NCBI GenBank assembly: GCA_028534125.1
Contig: CM052816.1
Location: forward strand, 78,556,001-78,620,000
DNA: 64,000 bases
Direction of reading: 5' to 3'
Source of the DNA: Lama glama
Lineage: Eukaryota
Shown here: positions 11,761 to 22,449 of the stretch, piece by piece
How positions within the stretch are numbered: position 1 is the stretch's first letter
Layout of the letters: the number at the start of each line of letters is the position of its first letter
Made by a program: the position numbers and the translations under genes
The notes under the pieces: model-generated
The model's input: only the letters and a program-made list of their open reading frames with translations
What the model was told of the DNA's origin: nothing
Databases searched by the model: none

Positions 11761-14094
11761 ACAGATTTTCTTAGTAAATGTATTACCATAACTATGTTTC
11801 ATTTCAGTAATTTACACGTACATTAAAAATTTTTTTTTTGCTTATAATGCAGTTTTACTCAAAGCCTTTAAATATGAGATGAAGTTTTGTACTGTACTAA
11901 TTGTCATGAATGAAAAATCCTTTGCAGGTTAGCAGATTACATATTTTCATAGATAAATTTTAAAAATTAAGAATGATGCAAGCTAAAATGTGTGAATGTA
12001 ATTGGTTTAAAATATTTATGTATTTACCACACACAAGATTAATAAGTGCACTGTTTTATTTTTGTCTAAGTGACAATGAAGTTCTAGTAACGTGAACCCT
12101 TTTCAGCGAGTCTTGTAAGTCTTTACAATGTGGACTGAAACGAACAAGGTGTTTGGTGAGAAATGCCAAAACTGTAATTTATAGAAATAGGAAGTAAAGA
12201 AAATTTCCTGAAACAGCTTAATGCTTATTTACAATATTTATTTACAAACTGTTAATACATACCTTACAATAAGACTGACTGCTGTTTATCAAGTATGTGC
12301 CAGATCTTTTTCATGTATCTCCTGTAATTAACACAACAATCATAGGAGGAAGATACAATTATTAATATTTTATAGATTGGAAACAAAGCAGATTTTAGCT
12401 GTTATTCTAAATCCCTTTGGTTTTCTCAGTCTAGTGTATTCTAAACTCCAGAGTTTGTGTGAGTGTCTCTTTTCTTATGAAAGAAAAGAAAAGAAAAGAA
12501 TAAGCTTAAATTTACATCTTTGTAAAATTTGTTTCTACTATGTTCCTTGGCAGAGTCTTTTATGTTCTGGGTAGAATTCTAAGAACAGTATTATTTTTCT
12601 TGTTTATCATTTTATTTTTTTCAATAAAAAGTACTAATTTGGTGTAATATAAACAGCTACACCAACAGCCAAGATGGCTAAAAAAGAAAGCTGCTGTTAA
12701 CATTCTCTTTCTTAAAATAGGTGTTGTTTCCTTTGGCTAAATTGCCATTTTGACAAATTATTGTTTTTTTATATATAAAAAGTGATGTGAAGATTTAATT
12801 TGAACTTCTAAATTTTAAATTGAATTCTGAAATGAATTTACAATGATTAACTGCAATATTTCTTTAGTTTATTGTATAAATATCTTAAAAATAAATTATG
12901 GCTAAATTCATAAAGTAAAAATTGAAGGCAGGAAATCCATATGTAAACGCTCTTATTATTAGTGCTTGGTTGTCAGAATGCCTTTATAATAGGAATAATT
13001 TTTAGTTCAAATCTTTATCCAATGTCTGATTTTAATTTCTGCATGATCCTCTACACCTAATGTGTTAGAATAACCAGATTTGTAGAATGAAAAAATGGAG
13101 TATGCAGACAAGTTTTCTCCAGTATTAGTAAAAGAAGATTTCTCCAAAAGTCTGGCTAAGCAATCTGGTGAAGGCAGATATGGGGAGAAAAGGACTTCTG
13201 GGCATACGTACATGCCCGAGGGATCAGAGAAAACCAGGGTCTAACATGTTATGCAAAGTGCTATAATTCGACACACATATTTAATCTGATGATTTAAAAC
13301 TGTGATAAGAGGCAGGCAAAATGTGCTGTTAAATTCAAAACAAAGTGTGATGATCTGCCTTGTTTTCAACTTGATGCTATCCGATGAAAACGCTTTTCCA
13401 CAAGCAAGACTGATGAGCATATGGTGCTAATAAGGCCAATTAAGTGCTAAGCTTCTGGAAATGTTTTTGTTGAGTGACATTTTCAGACTGGTTTCTGCTA
13501 ACATGTATCCTAAGCCATGTGTTTCTGAAGTGCAATAGCATTAATGCTAATGGTCACCGGAACTTTCATTTTCAAGAACGTGGACTCAGTCAAGACAAAT
13601 ACAAATCCTTTCCCCCGATTCCAAAGACAATACGTGAAGTTGAGTGATGAGATTCTAACACTTTTGAGATTCTGGGGGGCTTGGTCTAGGTCACCAATTT
13701 CCAGTAACTGGTGCATGAAGAAATCTGCAATGAAAAGAGAAATATACAAAAGAAAGAAAGAAACCAAAAAAAAAGAGGATTTTGGGGGGTGTTTTTCCCT
13801 TTCCCTCTCAACTTTTGCTCTCTTTTTTTTTTATTCTTATAGTTTGAAAGTTATTGATCCTATTTTTGTATTGATTTCTGGCTACATAATAAGTTTTATT
13901 TGGGTCACAATCAAGCAGAATAGAACTAATCATAATATGGTGCTATCATTGCTACATGAGCAATCCTTCTTTATTTTACTTTTAATTTTATTTTTTAAAT
14001 TTATCTTTACTTACCATTCCCCAAAAGATATGATTAATACTCATCCAAGCCAATAACTACCAATAATTTGCATCTACCTGTGTAATCTTCTTTT

Positions 14095-14345
14095 ATTTTT
14101 CTACTGATATGTATCTCCCTGTCTGTCTCCCTCCACCGTGTATACTTTGCCTTCTCCATGTATGTGTGCATCTCCAAATTTCTCCTTTTTACAAGGATAC
14201 CAGTCATTGTGGATCAGGGCCCACCCTAATGAGCTCATTTTTCACTTGATTACCTCTGTAAAGACTCACCAGATGTTACATTCTGAGGTACAGGAGGTTA
14301 GGTTCAACATATAAATTTTGGATATACACAATTCAACCACCAAAA
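14095..14345 (-). mobile_element. MaLR LTR fragment (MLT1B-like)
   Basis: aaggataccagtcattgtggatcagggcccaccctaatgagctcat ... cattctgaggtacaggaggttagg. Confidence 0.8.
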
Positions 14346-14599
14346 TAGAGAACTTACTTTTTCGTTTACTACTATCAAGTTAACAGTGAGCCTCCTGAAA
14401 AAGTTCAAAGAGGACTTGATTTAGAACATTTCCCAGAAAGGAAAGTGAGGGAAGAAAAAGAAAGAGTAATGGGAGAAAAGAAATTTTTGCTGCCCAGAGT
14501 TTTTTTCTCCTTCTTTTGATAACTTCATCCTGATTTTGCTCCATGTGTGGTTTAATCAAGGGCTGAAACAGAATACTATTCCATCTTTCTATGCTGAGT

Positions 14600-14925
14600 T
14601 GTTGGAGTAGGGATGGCTACTTGACTTAATATGGGCCAATCTGAACATATGAGAATATTGTTTGGAAATTTTGCTGGAGCCCTTGAGAGAAGTGTATGCT
14701 CTGTCTGCTGGGGTTGCTAGTGGCCAACTTTGACACTTCTTCAAGAGAACCTAAGTCAAAATGGAAGAAAGTCAGACTGAAAGATGAAGCAAGGCAGAAC
14801 TGTAACAACATCATTTTGAGTTCTTATATTCAGCCATGCCTGAACTTCCAAGTTATATGAGCTGGTGTATTTCCTTTTTGTTTTAGGTTGGGCTCCTGTT
14901 ATTTGTAACCAAGAATCTTACCAGA
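14600..14925 (+). mobile_element. Old MaLR LTR fragment (MLT1K-like)
   Basis: gggccaatctga ... cagccatgcctgaact ... gttatttgtaaccaaga. Confidence 0.55.
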
Positions 14926-15489
14926 GGCTCAACTGGTTTTCAAGGAAAGATGATAGGAAATTACAGAATTACAGAAATGAGATAATTTGAGATAATTTGT
15001 CACATGCTTCAAGTGAGTGCACAAATAACAAGATGAGCCAACATATTGTCTCCATCCTTTTTCTCTTTAATTGCTTCAGAACCTTGATTTTTGATCCCTT
15101 TTTGATTGTGGCCTCTTTTTTTTCACTAAGTGTGCTTTCATATACTTAATTCTTCCTTCCTCTCCTCAAATAATCTGAAGAAAAGAACATCACATTGTCT
15201 GTAGGTGGCTGGATCTGAGCATCACTGGTGAGCTTTAACTCATGTGTACTTATTAAATATTTTATTGTAAAATATATTCTAATAAAGTTGCCATTCTATT
15301 ATTGGTAAGGCCTTGAGCATATATGCTTAGACATTCCATATTTATAGGTGGAAGCATATTAATCTATGGGTAGTTACCAACTTATGAACAGGTTGTATTC
15401 TAGAAATCTGTAAAAAAGACTAGAGTTCAGAATACATCTTCCCACAGAAATAATTTTATATAAGCTTGTTTCATACTCAAGCTAGCAGC

Positions 15490-15920
15490 TATGGAGAGAG
15501 GCAGTTTAATATGTACTGGATAAGAACTTGGCTCCTGGTCCCCGGCTGCCTGGGTTCAAATCCTAGCTTTGCCACTTACAAGTTTGTCCTTGTGCAAGTT
15601 ATGCCCACCAGAATATCTAAAATTAAAAAGACTGACCATACCAACTGTTTGTGAGGAGGTGGAGTAATAGGAATTCTGATACACTGATGGTGGGAATATT
15701 AAATGGTGCTACCACTTTGGAAACTGTTAGCAGTTTCTTAAAAAGTTAAATATATACCTACTGTATGATGCATCCATTCTAATCTCAAGAGAAATGAAAG
15801 CGTATTTCCATATGGAGATTTATACATACATATATTCATGACAACTTTATTTGTAATAGCCCCAAAATATGAACAGTCCAAAATTTTATCAAGAGGTGAA
15901 TAAACAAGTTGTCTATCCAA
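15490..15920 (+). mobile_element. MIR 5' part followed by an old L1 ORF2 3' fragment
   Basis: gcctgggttcaaatcctagctttgccactta (MIR); cccaccagaatatctaaaattaaaaagactgac ... tttatttgtaatagccccaaa (L1M). Confidence 0.75.
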
Positions 15921-16700
15921 CTTGTTTAAGAAGTAAAGCCAAAAGAAAAGATAAAATCATCACAGAAAAAGACAAAAGGTAGCAGTAATTTTAAAGTAAA
16001 ATTGTACAGAATAAGATGACAAAGCAAGAAGATAAAAAGGGAGCTTTATTTGAGTTATAATTGTGAAAGAAGTAAGCATTATTTAGAAATATTAACCACA
16101 TCAGCATATTAAAATGGTTTATAGATCTCAAGGGAAATAATAATCAATATTCCAGACCCTAATTTACTAATTCTAAATACAGAAGCAATAACTTCCATGT
16201 ACTGCAAAAGCAATGTTTGGGTCACTGTGAATATTTTGATTAAGTAATAAAAACAAAAACATGCTTTTTATATTGTTTATTAACTTTTGCACTTTATTTA
16301 GTTACACACCCACTCCACTAGTTTATGAGTGCATTTGGATATTTTCTACTATTACATATTGTATGGCAGAGTTTTGTCTTTGAAATTTCTTGTGGAATTA
16401 CATAAAAGAAAAAGAACAGGTCTTGCGTCAACAGCTAATTTATCATTTTTGTCAATCTCTGAGGGGATTCCCAGGGAATATATAATGATGCTCTTAGACT
16501 AAGAACTTACTATATCGTCTATGAACACAGAAGGGAACTGACTACTCATGGAAAGTTTTGGGAAGACCACTTATGCCCTAAAAGTTACAAAACTGGTAAA
16601 ATTCATATTTCTTTGGCATCTATAATTCCCATAGCTGGATTAGTTAGTAATAAAATGCATACTGTTTCAGTGAATAATGTTAGGATCTCTTTCAATCTTC

Positions 16701-16818
16701 ATTGTACAATTACTTATCTAAAAGTATATAGTGTGTTCACATGAAGAGATACAGCAAGGTAAGTGGAATCCTTTCATCCATACTCTGGTATTACAGAAGG
16801 CTATGCCATTCACAAATT
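16701..16818 (+). repeat. Inverted repeat arm A (donor copy)
   Basis: Reverse complement of 18314-18431; 115/118 identical by hand alignment, with mismatches at 16791, 16793 and 16813. Confidence 0.95.
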
Positions 16819-16944
16819 GAACAAAAATGGAAAACTGTAGTAAATTATCTTTGTTTTGTCTACTTTTCTATCTAACTGTATCCTTGATAACAAGTAGATA
16901 AAGCATCAGTAGCATGGAATTTTTATCTAGATGTATTATTTTTA

Positions 16945-17748
16945 ACCTTTTTTTTTGCATTTTTGTTATGATAAAATATACATAACAAAAAAGTCACTAT
17001 TTAAACTATTTTAAAGCGAACAATTTAGTGGCATTAAGTATATTCACAATATTGTGAAACCATCACTACTAACCATTTCCAGAACTATTACATTATCCCA
17101 GACAGAAACTTCATATCCATTAAAATAACTCTCCATTTCCCTCTCCCTTCAGCCTCTGGTAACTTTCATTATATTTTTGGCCTCTATGAACTTGCCTATT
17201 TCAAGTACCTCATGTAAGTAAAAATATTTGTCCTTTTTTGTCTGGGTTATTTCACTTAGCATAATGCTTTCCATATTAAAGTATGTATCAGAACTTCGTT
17301 CCTTTTTAAGGCTAACTAATATTCCACCACACACAGACACAGAGTTCTGTTTATTCATTCATGTGTTGATGAACACTTAGGTTGTTTCCACCTTTTAGCT
17401 AGTGTGAGTAATGCTTCTATGAACATTGGTGTACAAGTATCTGAATCCTTGCTTTCAATTCTCTTGTTTATATACCTGGGAATGGAATTGCTGGATCATA
17501 CGGTAATTCTATGTTTAATTTTTTGAGTAACCATCATACTGTTTTCCACAGTGGCCACACCATTTTACCTTCCCACCAGAAATGCACAGGGTTCCAATTT
17601 CTCCACATCCTCCCGATCACTTGTTATTTTCCATTGTTAAATCATAATCATCCTAATGGATTTGAGTGGTATCTCATTGTGAATTTGATTTGAATCTCCC
17701 TAATCATTAGTGATATTTCATGTATTTGTTTGCCATTTGTATATCTTC
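16945..17748 (-). mobile_element. L1MB-like 3' region
   Basis: ttagtggcattaagtatattcacaatattgtg ... ggaattgctggatcatacggtaattctatgtttaa ... gtggtatctcattgtg; the ORF track shows decayed ORF2 C-terminal text. Confidence 0.9.
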
Positions 17749-17749
17749 A

Positions 17750-19030
17750 GCTAGTCCAGGTTGCTTGACTGAGTTGGAGGATGAAGGTGACTCTGAGGGG
17801 TCTGAGCAATGATCAGGCCACAGGGGACAATGGCTGCTTCAGTCACCGTTCACAGTTATTGCCAGGCACCAAGAGATGCCTCCATGCCTCCTTTGAGTTA
17901 TAAAATCCTGCCTAGCTTCTCATGGTAATCAGGGTCGATTTTCTCAAACAGTAGAGTAACCTCTGTCTTTGCTGGTCCACTGGCACAAGGAGCCCAAATA
18001 GAACAGAGAGTAGTCATAGTTTCAAGTTCAGTGAAATTCTTATTGCATTTTCTAGTAGAAGTGTTATCTTGAGAATGAGAATCTAATCTGACAAAGCCTA
18101 AAATTTCAGAGAAGAGAAGCATAAAATCTGTAAATATGTCACTGGTAATGATGGTGGGAGGGACTAATCTCACTTCTACCTCCCGTTTTCTGAATCTGTG
18201 TAATCCAACCACTGGGGAATTAGCACCATATAACTTAACATTCACTGGTTCAAAGCTTTCACTACATTCTTGGGACTGTGCTCTCTCCCCAGAATATTGT
18301 CCTTGAATTGAAGAATTTTTGAATGGCATAGCCTTCTGGACTACCAGAGTATGGATGAAAGGATTCCACTTACCTTGCTGTATCTCTTCATGTGAACACA
18401 CTATATACTTTTAGATAAGTAATTGTACAATTACTTATACAATTATAAAAGGTCACTTAACCATCTAACATGCCAGGGACTTTGGGAGTAAAGAGGTATA
18501 TAATAAAACTAGCATGTCTCATGCTCAGGTACCCATTGACACACGGCTTTTGCCACAAAATGAGTCCCCTCATTATAGGTAATGTTGTGCTAGTTGCTCT
18601 GCAGATAGACCAGCCATTTTGTAATCCTCTGAAACTGTCCTCCCAGCCCTCAGCCAAGACAGTGAAGAAGAAGTAATACCCAGACCAGAGAAAGTGCAGT
18701 GACTAATGTGTCCACAAATATTTAACAAATTCAGGATATCCCTGAAGAATTCATTATATTCCTGCAGAATCCACCTGTTTAGTCCTTACAAAACCTTTCA
18801 GATCAGAGACATTTCGGGCCACCATTACAATCATTGTCATTAACACAACCACCATTAAGAACCACAGCTACTACCCATCCCAGCACTCACTTTCCACCTG
18901 CATTTCAACTCAATCTCTCGCAACTGAGAGTCTCAGCAATTGCAATGGGATTTTACTGTTATGAGTGATCCAGTTCCAAAATCTCATCCTAAAGGCCTGT
19001 TCTCTAGGTTTGCTACTGTCACCAATTGTC
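17750..19030 (-). mobile_element. Internally deleted ERV-L internal relic (leader/gag start, integrase, dUTPase)
   Basis: The minus strand reads HNITYNEGTHFVAKAVCQW (ERV-L IN: HSIASDQGTHFTAKEVRQW), YGANSPVVGLH (YGTVSPIARIH) and IDPDYHEK (dUTPase: IDPDYQ). The 5' internal start aaccaagacaattggtgacag abuts an LTR16-like LTR. Confidence 0.85.
18314..18438 (-). repeat. Inverted repeat arm B: templated insertion in the ERV-L integrase, ending in a 24-bp palindrome
   Basis: 18314-18431 is the reverse complement of 16701-16818; 18415-18438 (ataagtaattgtacaattacttat) is a perfect palindrome. Confidence 0.95.
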
Positions 19031-19039
19031 TTGGTTTAG

Positions 19040-19455
19040 TATCTTAGGTCATATTTCTTAGGAAACATACGCTGGAGTTGGATATTTACATGCAGGATGT
19101 TTCCTGGGGAGTGTTCTCAACAACACCACCTGTTAGGGAGGGAGGAAAGCAGGAGTGAGCAGAGGGAGAAGCTGAACCATAATGCAGTTGCAGCAAAGGG
19201 TTTGGTGGTGGGTTGGGGTTGTTGTCCCATGGAAATCTCTGGAGCTGAGATGTCCCAAACTGAGGCAAAGCTACTTTATCCCCGGCTCTACCAGTCATTG
19301 GGTTGGGCTGTGGGAAGCGGCTGTCAGCTTGGGGGAAGCAGCTCCATTTGGCCAAGGCCACGCCCTGAAAGGGACTCAGCTGTGAGCCATCAGCAGGCAG
19401 TAGTCTCAATAGTCCCGCCGGCAGAGGAGCCTGAAGGTGCGACCTCAGTGGTGTG
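19040..19455 (-). mobile_element. ERV-L LTR (LTR16-like)
   Basis: ggggagtgttctcaacaacaccacctgttagggagggaggaaagcagg ... cagagggagaagctgaac ... accagtcattgg, antisense LTR16 pattern. Confidence 0.8.
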
Positions 19456-19476
19456 TCCCTGCATTTACTACTTTTA

Positions 19477-19569
19477 TTCATTTTATTTATTTAATGGAGG
19501 TACTGGGGACTGAACTCAGGACCTTGTGCATGCTAGGCATGCACTGTACCACTGAGCTATACCCTCCCT
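19477..19569 (-). mobile_element. tRNA-derived SINE, camelid Vic-1-like short form, with TSD
   Basis: The minus strand reads gggagggtatagctcagtggtacagtgcatgcctagcatgcacaaggtcctgagttcagtccccagtacctcc plus an A-rich tail, with pol III A/B-box-like motifs. TSD cctgcatttact(a/g)ctttta at 19458-19476 and 19570-19588, at a TT/AAAA site. Confidence 0.9.
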
Positions 19570-19594
19570 CCTGCATTTACTGCTTTTAAAGAGA

Positions 19595-20025
19595 AAGCAC
19601 AGCCAAGACAAATGCTTTGCTGCAGATACTCTATTTGCGAAGTGATTCCAGAGAGCAAGAGTGGGGCTCTGGAGGGTGAGAAAGAAGGAAGAAAAGCCAG
19701 TGCAAAGATGTGCTGTTCGGTCGGTTGCTGCTTTGCAAGACTGTGGCTCAGTGCCCAAGATCTCAGGAGCCTTAGGAAGTGCAATGCAGAAGTTTCTGCC
19801 TGGAGCAAGAGGAGAGAAGCATTTATCACTTGGCTCCCAGTGGTCAAAGGTGATGCCTTGGGCCTTAAACTTCCCTGCACCTCTGGGTTTCCCACGTGTG
19901 AGTGATGAGAGTGCCAAGAAAAGGTGCTGTCAGGTTGCGTCTGCATGGAACTTGTAGAAGCTGGCATGGAGCCGGGTCCCTCAGAGCAGAGTGGAATTGA
20001 AGGGATCTGCAAAAGGTGTCTAGTA
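19595..20025 (-). mobile_element. ERV-L LTR fragment (LTR16/LTR33-like)
   Basis: cagccaagacaaatgc ... gaagtgattccagagagcaagagtgggg ... gcatttatcacttggctcccag. Confidence 0.6.
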
Positions 20026-20144
20026 CTTCTGAAAATATCCAGCAGAACTTAAAATGTGAACACTCTGTAATCCACAAATTTCACTTACAGGAGTTTATGC
20101 TACAGAAATTTGTGTTTAAAGGTGTAAATATCTTTGTGAATTTG

Positions 20145-20330
20145 TCAGGCTTTGGGGCTCACTGCCTGGGTTGAAGGCCAGGCTCTGCCACTGTGAATGA
20201 GGCACCTGTAAATATGTCCTGTCTCACACGGTGTTGCCAAGAGTCTTAAATGGGTTAAAACATGCAATAGGCTTTGAACAGTGCCTTGCACATAGTAATG
20301 TTTCAATGCATGTTAGTTATTATTAATACT
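20145..20330 (+). mobile_element. MIR SINE
   Basis: tgcctgggttgaaggccaggctctgccac ... gaacagtgccttgcacatagtaatgtttcaatgcatgttagttattatt. Confidence 0.75.
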
Positions 20331-20339
20331 ACTCTTAAA

Positions 20340-21000
20340 AGAATATTTTTATAGCTACTATTTGTAGTGATGAAAGATGAGAAACAACCTAAATATCTAT
20401 TAAATACTAGGTAAAGAAATTATAGTATGACCACACGTAGGGAAGTATCACATGCAACATATGTTGTAAAGTGGAAAAAGCCAAGTGGAGAAAAGTGTGT
20501 CTGGTATGCTCCCGTATGTGTAAAATACGTGTGTAGGTACATATGTGATACAGATTATCAGTGTTTACCGCTAGCTGGTTCTCCTCTGCTTCCTGGGCTC
20601 AGAAGATTCCTCTTCCCAGTTAAGTGGACCATGTGATTATCTCTGACCAGTGTGAGTCCAAGTAGGAGAGAAAAGCTTCTGTGTCACCTTCCCGCTTTCC
20701 CCTCTGAAAACCACATGCCAAGATGGCAGTGTCACAAGGTGATGCAGCTTAAACATGTAGTTTGTTGCAGAAACAAAAAAACCTTTCCTTCGTCTAGCCG
20801 CTGCGATTTTGGGTTAACTTCTTTACCACAGTCAACCCAGCCGACCTTGAAGGAGATGAATTAAATGAAAACACTGGTTGCTGCTGGGGAGGAGAATGGA
20901 GGGACCACAGGTCAGGAGTTGGAGGGAGATTTATTCGCCCTCTGTACCCTTTCATATTACTTGAAATTTTAAATTACAACGGTATAGAATTACATAAAAT
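20340..21000 (+). mobile_element. Old L1ME fragments interrupted by an MLT1 fragment (about 20570-20870)
   Basis: gaaacaacctaaatatcta (L1); gaaaaccacatgccaagatggcagtgtcacaag (MLT1); ggagggagatttattc ... (L1 3' UTR). Confidence 0.55.
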
Positions 21001-22449
21001 TAAGTACAATTAGGAACCGTCAGCCTTCCCTAAAACTTAGGAGAAACTGCAGCCCTTGTCCCCTTGAAAACAAGAACAGAAACAAAAGACAAAACAACTT
21101 CCATCCCCCTCCACCGGAAAAGGCAAAACCACAGAAATCATTCAGCCTGGTTGCGCTGTTTTCTCCAATGAGTGTTTAGCAGCTTGAATAAAGATACAGA
21201 AAAAGGACCTTTGGAGCAAAGAAGGTAGTAAAGATAGGGAGTGGGGCGTGTGGCAGTAGATGGGGAGAAAGTGGTGGGTGGGGTGACTTCACCTGAAGTC
21301 TGCAAGGAGTGAAGAGTTGCTGCAGTGGTGCCAGAAATAATGAGGAAGAATTATTGCTGGTGACTAGGAGTTAGACATCTGAAAAAAAAATTTACTAGTT
21401 ACGCCAGGATGCGTGAACCTGCAGCTGAGGTAAGGTAAAGGAAAAGACAGCATGATTTTGATATTTTAATACAAGTGCTATAAAAGTTGGTCTTCTTTTA
21501 TATCTCATTATGCTTATAATAGTCTGATTTCAAAATACATGGTGTATTTCATAACATAGAGGGTGATGATGAAAGAAATCTTTATCATTTCCCCCTCAAG
21601 AGCTTTTGCAAAGAAATGTCTTGTTTTTCTATAAATTTTTTATCTGCAAAGGATGGTATGACATATTGCTGATCAATAGTGACCAAGCCGGATATTTGCA
21701 GGACAGTTTTAACAAAAGAGGATGGCAGTTTCACAATAAGGATGAATAACAGAGAAGATAAAAGATAGCCTTGACAGATAACTCAGTTAAGAGGGGAATT
21801 GGAAAGTATTTAAAGATCTTGAGTCATATCAATAAGCCATTCTACGGGATTACATCTAAAGTGATGAGCAATATTTGTATAAATGATTCCCTTGAATCAC
21901 AGAAAATTTTTCTTGGTGACTAGGGAGCTAGGGCATTTTGGAAAATAGATGAAGGATTCTATTAACATGAAATAATAGGACCTTCCTCAATAATACTGTA
22001 GCAAATGTTGTGGGAGAAAATTAACCAATCAAAGTAGTCATTCAGCAACTACTGTATGACTTGACAACTGGATGGGGGTTGTGTTAAGAGCTATATGATT
22101 CCTGATCTTAAGGTTCTTCTGGTTCATTTGGAGATATGTGTAATAATGGAATAGTCCTCACAAGAATCATGGAACTAAAATGAGATAGTAATTATTGATG
22201 AATTGCAAGGTAAGGAATAAATGTGGAAAGAAACTCAGAGAAAGGCGAGCTCAGGGTAGTTGAAATTTACAGGGAGGGCTCAATGGAAGTTTTCGTCAAC
22301 TGGATTTGCAATTAGAAGACCTGAATGAGAATCCGGTGCTGTCATTTACTAGCTTGTGACCTTGAACAAGTTTATTGAATTTGCCTCTGCTTCTTAATTT
22401 GTAAAGTAAGAGTGATAATATCAACCTTGCAGTATTGTGAAGTGTGCCA

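Noticed and set aside
13095..13244. Short plus ORF MEYADKFSPV...KTRV*
   Set aside because: 49 codons, weak acceptor context and no recognisable homology.
13544..14056. 170-aa plus-strand ORF
   Set aside because: It runs through A-rich and T-rich low-complexity tracts giving K-rich then F/L/I-rich text, with no domain.
16819..18313. Inversion of the segment between the inverted arms
   Set aside because: ERV-L homology has the same orientation and is contiguous on both sides of arm B.
19495..19569. tRNA gene
   Set aside because: It has an A-tail and TSDs and no intact acceptor stem, so it is a SINE.
19086..20077. Dense set of 100-150 aa ORFs
   Set aside because: They lie in GC-richer LTR16/LTR33 sequence and cross a SINE; open in many frames because stops are scarce.
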